Shown: positions 57,442 to 64,000 of the stretch, piece after piece
Layout of the letters: each line of letters starts with the position of its first letter
Numbering within the stretch: the first letter of the stretch is position 1
DNA from: Magallana gigas
Taxonomy: Eukaryota
Direction: 5' to 3'
Assembly (NCBI RefSeq): GCF_963853765.1
Contig: NC_088855.1
Span: 54,622,001 to 54,686,000 of the forward strand
Length of the DNA: 64,000 nt
Position numbers and translations under genes: made by a program
Notes under the pieces: model-generated
Told to the model about the DNA's origin: nothing
The model's database searches: none
The model's input: the letters and a program-made list of their open reading frames with translations, nothing else

Positions 57442-58613
57442 GAACACATAAACAATGATGTTAGTGCAAGATTAAAAAGTTATAAGCTTTTATTAATTCT
57501 ATATACTGACAATTTTGTTCTCTATTTTGACAGGTTGGTCAGGAGTCTGAGGGAAAAGGTGATAAGGGAAGTAAGAAGACCAATGGTCATGTGACGGGGG
57601 GCATGGTATCAGCTGTCCGAGACGAGGCGAGCATAGAGGAGGAGGTGATGCTGGCCACTGGTTGTATGGTATGTATGTCTGTGTGTAACAGTTACTGTTG
57701 TTTGGTGCATCTGTCTGTGGAACAATGTATCTGTGTAGCAGATTGTTTAATATTCACCATTATTAGGGACAGTATTATATTGAGAGTTTGTTGTAGGACG
57801 TGGATCAGATTCGTGAAGTATTGACAGATTCTGGGTATGATGTTGAGCTGGCTATTGTAACCCTCTTACAGATCATGGAGCTTAAAGAAAATGGTAGCAT
57901 CACATTTACTTACTTACCAAATTGTGAAATTTTGTTCAAAAGCAGTCCAAATCAACTTTTTACAATGACTCATTTATATCAGTTAGACTACATGTATTGT
58001 TTTTATAAATATGAAACTGTTGAGATTGATAATGTACATAATATTCATGTTTGAAATAAAACGCATGGACTTACAGTGGATCACATTATATATAGGTATT
58101 GAGGACTCAGCTTCCCTGAATTCTCATTTGACCTCCACAGACAGTGGGGTGTGGTCTGAGGCCCCTCGGGGATCAGGGGAGTCAGCCTCTCTCCAGAAAG
58201 GGGCCACCCACGTACGGGAGAACAGCTACGGGGGAAGCTCTGGGTATGGGTCACTGAGCAGCTTCCCCGGTGGAGCAAGACCAAAACTACCTCCTCAGGT
58301 AAGAGAGCTATCCCAATCTCTTTCAGATAGGTTTGTTGGGGGTACTTCGTTTCAAGTTGTCAAAGTTGATAGTGGCAGAGTTTTTATACTGATAATTACA
58401 ATTGGTTGCCATTGGTAACATTTGTGGTTGATTTATTAGATAAAACCTGAGACCGCCAAAGAAAAAAGAGAAAATAAGAAATTGGAAAAGAAGAAGAGAG
58501 CTGAAGAGAGGCATAAGATGAGGATACAAGGGAAGACTCCTCAACTTCCTGTCAGCGAAGAGGAAAGTGCTGTCACTGTCATCTCCAAAGATATCGGCAT
58601 GATGAAGATTTGA
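53232..58613 (+). CDS. OTUD3: OTU-domain deubiquitinase 3 (409 aa)
   Basis: Exons 53232-53461, 56454-56602, 56692-56804, 57263-57391, 57534-57668, 57797-57893, 58096-58298, 58440-58613. Catalytic [34 protein letters not shown]; UBA-like segment; Lys-rich C-terminus. Confidence 0.96.
57404..57437. repeat. (AG)n microsatellite
   Basis: About 17 perfect dinucleotide units in OTUD3 intron 4. Confidence 0.97.
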
Positions 58614-61077
58614 GCTTGACATGTATTCGACAGGAAAAGGAGTAAATATATGTAAACAATGCAACTCTGAATATTGTGTTTCCTGTTTGTCTCCCTTTGT
58701 TGAGATATATCCTGAGATCTTTGATTTGTGTGTAAATAAGTTAACTTTCTAGATTTATAGTTTAACGTACAATACACCTCAGTCAGTTAAGCAATGAAAA
58801 TTTTAAGAAATACTCTGTCATTACACCTTTATGTACATATTGATGTATCAACATTTTATAACCAATTAAGTGTCCAAAAAATAGGGCAATTGTTGATTCC
58901 GTGTAGTGTATACGTGTACATATAGATGTTGTACAGATACTGTGGTTCCAAAAATGTTGAGTGGCATCAATTTTTAAAACAGAGATTTAGAATTGTGTAA
59001 TGAGTTTGTAAGTAGAACTTATTAGCTATGAATTATAAAATCAAAATCATAATAAAGATAAGTTCTTTCACTTAAAAGTTTGGCCAGTAAATGATGCTGA
59101 TAAAAAAAAAAGTAGATAGCAAGATTTACTTTTCCCAAATCATTCGACTTCACTTGTTTGTTTGAATGTTTGCTCAAGGATCAGTCAGCATCCAATTTGT
59201 TAATTAGTTTATCATATTATAATTGTGCTGCAATCTTGACTTTAGTTTTTGATGCAGTAGTATTTCCTTGTTGTTAGTTCAGTGTAAAAGTTATCCATAT
59301 ATATATGCAAATACTATGTTGAATCATTCAGCAACATTTAGAAGGGATAAAGACAAAGAGTTTACTGTGTAGTGATTATTGATTTGTTTTAAAATTAGTC
59401 CTTTTGAAAAAGAAACTTGGAATATTCTTAATATTATATTGCTTCGTTTTAAATTGACTGCAAATGTATTATTTGAATTGCATGGTTCTTACAATAGATA
59501 CATATGCTTGTTTTTTTTCTACTTGTATACTTAAACCAAGACAATTATTGATATGTGTCAAAGATGAAAACCATTGAACAATTGTACAAGATGTATCTGA
59601 AATCTGGCATATTTGTGTTTAATACCTAATTATTATTCAAGAAAGCACAATTTTGTTGTATTGGATGTAAGAAATAAGGTACAGTAACAGGAAATTGGTT
59701 AGGTTTATATTGTTGTTGATAAAAAAAAATGGTGTCTACCAAAATCTTGCTTGTCAAAGAACTTGTTTAAGAAGTTCTCATGCAAACCTTGACACACTAG
59801 ATATTCATCTGTTGACTAGTTAACAAGCTGGTGTTCATTGTGTGACTGTGATCCAATTCCATTGTCTTTCATTGTTAAACACATATAATCATATGTACCA
59901 TGGCAGATTCAGATTTTATATACATTTATATAATTATATTTACATCCACTAAGTATGATTCCCTCTATTTCTTATGAAAAGTGATTGTAATTCACAGCTC
60001 TTTAGAAACTGACAGAACTGGATCAAATCTACACGATCCAGCTCTTACCAGTTTATCAATCGGTTTAAACCCTCAGCAACCTATGGAAATCAGGGACCGC
60101 CTGAAAACATCATGATGTTAGATTCTATTTCCCCAAAAAAGATTTTTTTGGCTATTTTTCTTATGGAACCTACTGATCAGATGTACTAGTACATTAACAA
60201 TAATTTAGTTACTTTGGTGATTCATGAGGAATATGAAGGTACTAGTGATCATCGCAGAAAAAATACAGTGGGTTTTATATTTTTTCTGCAATGTGACTAC
60301 CTTCATATCCACACGAATCACCAAGTAAAACATTTCATTGTTTAAGTAAATAATAATCAATGCAATAATGCTGTTGTAGGAGTTTGGCACTTCTGTGAAT
60401 TACCTAGATGTAAAGATCAATTTATAGATTGTCTAGTTAATCACAGGGATTCGGGTTTTGTGTACCATTTTTGGACACATAACTTTTCTGATTTTCCTTC
60501 TGGTTATGCCATGAAAATTATATCTTATACCTTGTTTAGTGTGTTACATTTTTTTCTTGCATTATATCTTTCAAAAAAATGTCTCTGCACTTTACTCTTG
60601 CTTGCTTTGAAATCCATTTCAATGATACAGGATTTTGATGACTCTATTATTATATTTGTTTGATTATTACATTTATATTTTCATTAAAATAAACAGTATA
60701 AAAAACACAAAGATTTTCTCCTTTTTCTATCCACCCTAATTCAGAAGTTTATTAGGGGCCTATGATATTTATTTATAACACAAATATCATCAATACCACT
60801 TCTGCATCTGTAGCATGTTTTAAATGTATAGAATAAATGCTTTAATCTAATTATTTTTACATTGATGACTGAATAACTACACAGATTGGAACTACAATAA
60901 ATTCTACTTGATGTTTGAAAACAGAATAGTGAACTTCAATTTTCAGAACAATTTTAATATCTCAAAAATTGCAAGGGCAAGTACATGTATAAAACAATAC
61001 ATAATTTAATAACAATAACACACACATCACAGATTCACAGGCGGTGCATTGTTTGTAGAAAGAAGTTTGATCTCCAA

Positions 61078-63632
61078 TTAGAAAAGGTTTGTTTGGAGCA
61101 TAATACGAATGAATTCTGATTGGTCCACCCGACCATCGCCATTAATGTCAGCTTCTTCAATCATTTCCTCTAGTTCCTTCTGTGTAAATTTTATTCCCGC
61201 TTCTTCACAAGCCATTTTCAAATTGTCTAATGATATTGAACCTGATTTATCTGTAAGAGAGAGACAATATTAATAATTTATCTGGTTTTTTTTTTGTTCA
61301 AAGGTTTAGATAATATGTGGATAAATATAGGTGTCATCAATAGTGGGAACACAACTAAGTATATTCAAAGAGTGGGTAAAATGCCAGTCTTGACCAGGAC
61401 TCTACTTTAAGGGCCTCTGGCATACAGTGCCAGCGCTCTAACCACCAAACTATTGAGACCCAATATGTTGACTGACAGGCACACACCTGTGTATCCCTGT
61501 AACATACATGTATATGAGGTGACACACCTGTGTATCCCTGTAACATACATGTATATGAAGTGACACACCCGTGTAACCCTGTAACATACATGTATATGAA
61601 GTGACACACCCGTGTAACCCTGTAACATACATGTATATGAAGTGACACACCTGTGTAACCCTGTAACATACATGTATATGAAGTGACAAAACTCTGCTCA
61701 CACTTTCCCATCAAAAGAAGACTTACCAAAGTCAAACATGCTGAATCCTTTGAGGATTTCATCATACATGTCTCTGGAGTCTCCCTGTCTGTCAATGACC
61801 ACTTCCAGAAATTCTGTAAATTCTATTTGACTAAAAAAAATGAAAAAAGATGGAAAAAATTAATTTTTCAAAATTTTATGATTTAAATATGTACATTTTT
61901 TTGGCAGTGCAATATATTATGGATATATCTGTGAAAAATCAAACCTTTTGCCCTTCAAGTTGACATCAGCAATCATTTGTTTGGCATCCTCTCTGCTGCA
62001 TTTAAAACCTAGAGCTCTCATTGCACGCCGAAGTTCAGCAGAGGTAATATACCTAAAATGTCCCGACAAAAGTTGATAAAAATAATAGAGCAATGATTAT
62101 TAAAATCATATTATATCAGTATTTTGATGTATTTGATGAGGAAACTAAAAAATTAATTGTTGGATTAAGTGATCAGTATTTTTTTCATTTTTCATTTAAG
62201 AAGGCGCTGTTGCACTTTCTGTCAACAGTTCATGTAATATATAAGATTGACGTGGCAATTGTAAGCACTTAATTTATCAGTAAATATGAACTTAAAAATG
62301 TAAATACATGTATTAGTTTTGAGGTCAGGTCAAGTCAACCATATATTTTGAAGACATGCTTAAAGCTGAACACTGCTCGTAAATAGACACGTCGCACAGA
62401 TACCTGGTATATAAACCCTTCGATTTCGTTGCACCTGATTGCACACCCGAAACTCGTGGCCGACGTGTAGTATTCCTTTCGTTGTCTTTGGAATTAATGC
62501 ATTTTATTCTTATTTAATGTGCATATTCTGTTTGTAAATTATATTTTGACCAGTTTAATTGATGTTAGTATTCTCCTGGCTTGAAAAAAGTGCATAAAAC
62601 TTGATAATATCATTGTGACCGAGTAACACGGCGAGGCAAGATGTACGTCCACACAGGTGAGACCTCTACAGCAAAATACTTTAAACTGCTAAGAGGTCTC
62701 CAGCTTATATTGGGGTTGTAGGGATAATGGTAGTGAGAGAGAAATATGGCGGACAGTGCCTATTTACGAGCGGTGTTCAGCTTTAAATATATTCGAGATA
62801 GATTTCAAATCTATAGAAAAGACAATGACCAAAACTTATACTGTAATATAAAGTGTCTTACCCATCATTGTTTGAATCAAACAGTTCAAACACAACCAAT
62901 AAATCTCTGATTTCCTGTGATGTCAGGTTCTTTAATATTCTATTTGACATTTTATATCCATGAACTTCTTTTTCGTCAACTGGATTTGATGTCAATAGTT
63001 TAACAAGCTAAAAAAATTATATCAAAGATTAGCCTCCAATATCATACAGGTTTATGGCAGTATATATTATACCCAATGTGAATGTGGGGTATTAATTAAC
63101 AGGGGCTTTTTTTTGGGGGGGGGGGCAACTTAAGGATCAATCTCTTAAATACTATTTGAGTGTTACATTTTCGGTTTTTTTTAATGAGGATTTACAATAT
63201 TTTTGCAAAATATATTAGAAGAAAACCCATTTTGGCACTGAGATTTTATATCCTGTTTGGAATATTATAGCAAAAAATGGGCTCTAAAAGACAATGGTAT
63301 CAAAATGGTAAAGGGAATTATATAAGATTGCAGATAAACTATATATATATATTTATAAATGGATTTCAAGACTTCCATAAAGTTTGATCAATGATTTTAT
63401 TATCTAATGTACGTCATTGTGCACATACAACCCTTAAGCTCACTTTGAATTGCAAAGATTTTTTGTACCGAATGGGAAAAGTATCGGTACTTACACTTTC
63501 GCCTGGCTTAGGAGCAGGAGGGACATAGGCGGGCGCTATTGGGTCGGCGGGAGACGCATTCTCCTTTAGAGATTTACTGCTACTCTTCTTGCTCTTTCCT
63601 TTCTTCGATTTACCCTTCTTCTTGCCCGGCAT
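61078..63632 (-). CDS. Centrin-like four-EF-hand protein with Lys-rich N-terminal extension (213 aa)
   Basis: Exons 63495-63632, 62862-62980, 61945-62052, 61727-61830, 61078-61250 in frame. EF loops DSNNDGYITSAE, degenerate DVNLKGKSQIEFTE, DFDKSGSISLDN, DINGDGRVDQSE; centrin-like LRRAMRALGF and EFIRIMLQTNLF end. Confidence 0.9.
61481..61687. repeat. 41-bp minisatellite, 5 units
   Basis: ACACACCTGTGTATCCCTGTAACATACATGTATATGAAGTG at 61481, 61522, 61563, 61604, 61645. Confidence 0.95.
62364..62782. mobile_element. Kolobok-like MITE with TTAA target-site duplication
   Basis: TIR AGCTGAACACTGCTCGTAAATAGACAC versus GTGCCTATTTACGAGCGGTGTTCAGCT (25/27); TTAA at 62360-62363 and 62783-62786. Confidence 0.85.
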
Positions 63633-63639
63633 ATTAAAG

Positions 63640-63790
63640 ATTAATGTGTGATAAACTAGTAAGGTATTTGTTTACAAAGAGCACCTGTTGTCCGCCATTT
63701 TGACGCTACCTTTGTTGCCCTCTGACGTAACAATCGTAGTTGTCGCTGATTGGATACTTTGAATTGTAGTTTTAGAGCAGCCCAAGGGAT
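63640..63790. promoter_or_regulatory. Promoter of the centrin-like gene
   Basis: YY1-like CCGCCATTTT (about 63693), CRE-like TGACGTAA (63723), inverted CCAAT (63748), ACTACAATTC on the minus strand (63761-63770), all just upstream of the ATG. Confidence 0.55.
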
Positions 63791-64000
63791 TAATAATTCC
63801 GGAGCAAGTATTGTTATATGTTGTTTATTTTTACATGCTTATAAAATGACAGATGTTTAATTGACTATTCATGTCAATGGTTTATTGACATCACGATGTT
63901 GGCATACAGTCAAAGTGAAATCAAATGATCGACAGACAAAAGAAAACTATAACATACTATGACATACTATAACATAAAGGATATACCGTATATCCGGTAC

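Noticed and set aside
61355-61795. Repetitive ORFs in the centrin-like intron
   Set aside because: Translations of the 41-bp minisatellite.

Overview
AT-rich, intron-containing animal genomic DNA. The repeat families (166-bp satellite inside Helentron-like non-autonomous elements, hairpin MITEs) point to an oyster (Ostreidae); this is inference, no search was run. Seven spliced protein-coding genes were assembled by hand with GT-AG boundaries and continuous reading frames, on strictly alternating strands: CYP4-family P450 (-, last exon off-window), PMP22/claudin-superfamily TMEM47-like (+), PPP1R35-like (-), SDHB (+), TMCO4 (-), OTUD3 (+) and a centrin-like EF-hand protein (-). The 9.7-25 kb interval and the long introns are full of non-autonomous DNA transposons. 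Most notable extras: a 423-bp inverted-repeat-bounded cassette with a repeat/spacer layout nested in a Helentron-like element; an intact 3.4-kb TATGG..CCATA element with a 6-bp target-site duplication (IS3EU-like); a cryptic phase-consistent 5-exon pseudogene I cannot assign; a TMCO4/OTUD3 head-to-head pair next to SDHB that recalls human 1p36; and a minisatellite carrying copies of a splice donor. No CRISPR array, rRNA, intact tRNA or intact transposase was found. All coordinates were counted by hand and may be off by a few bases.
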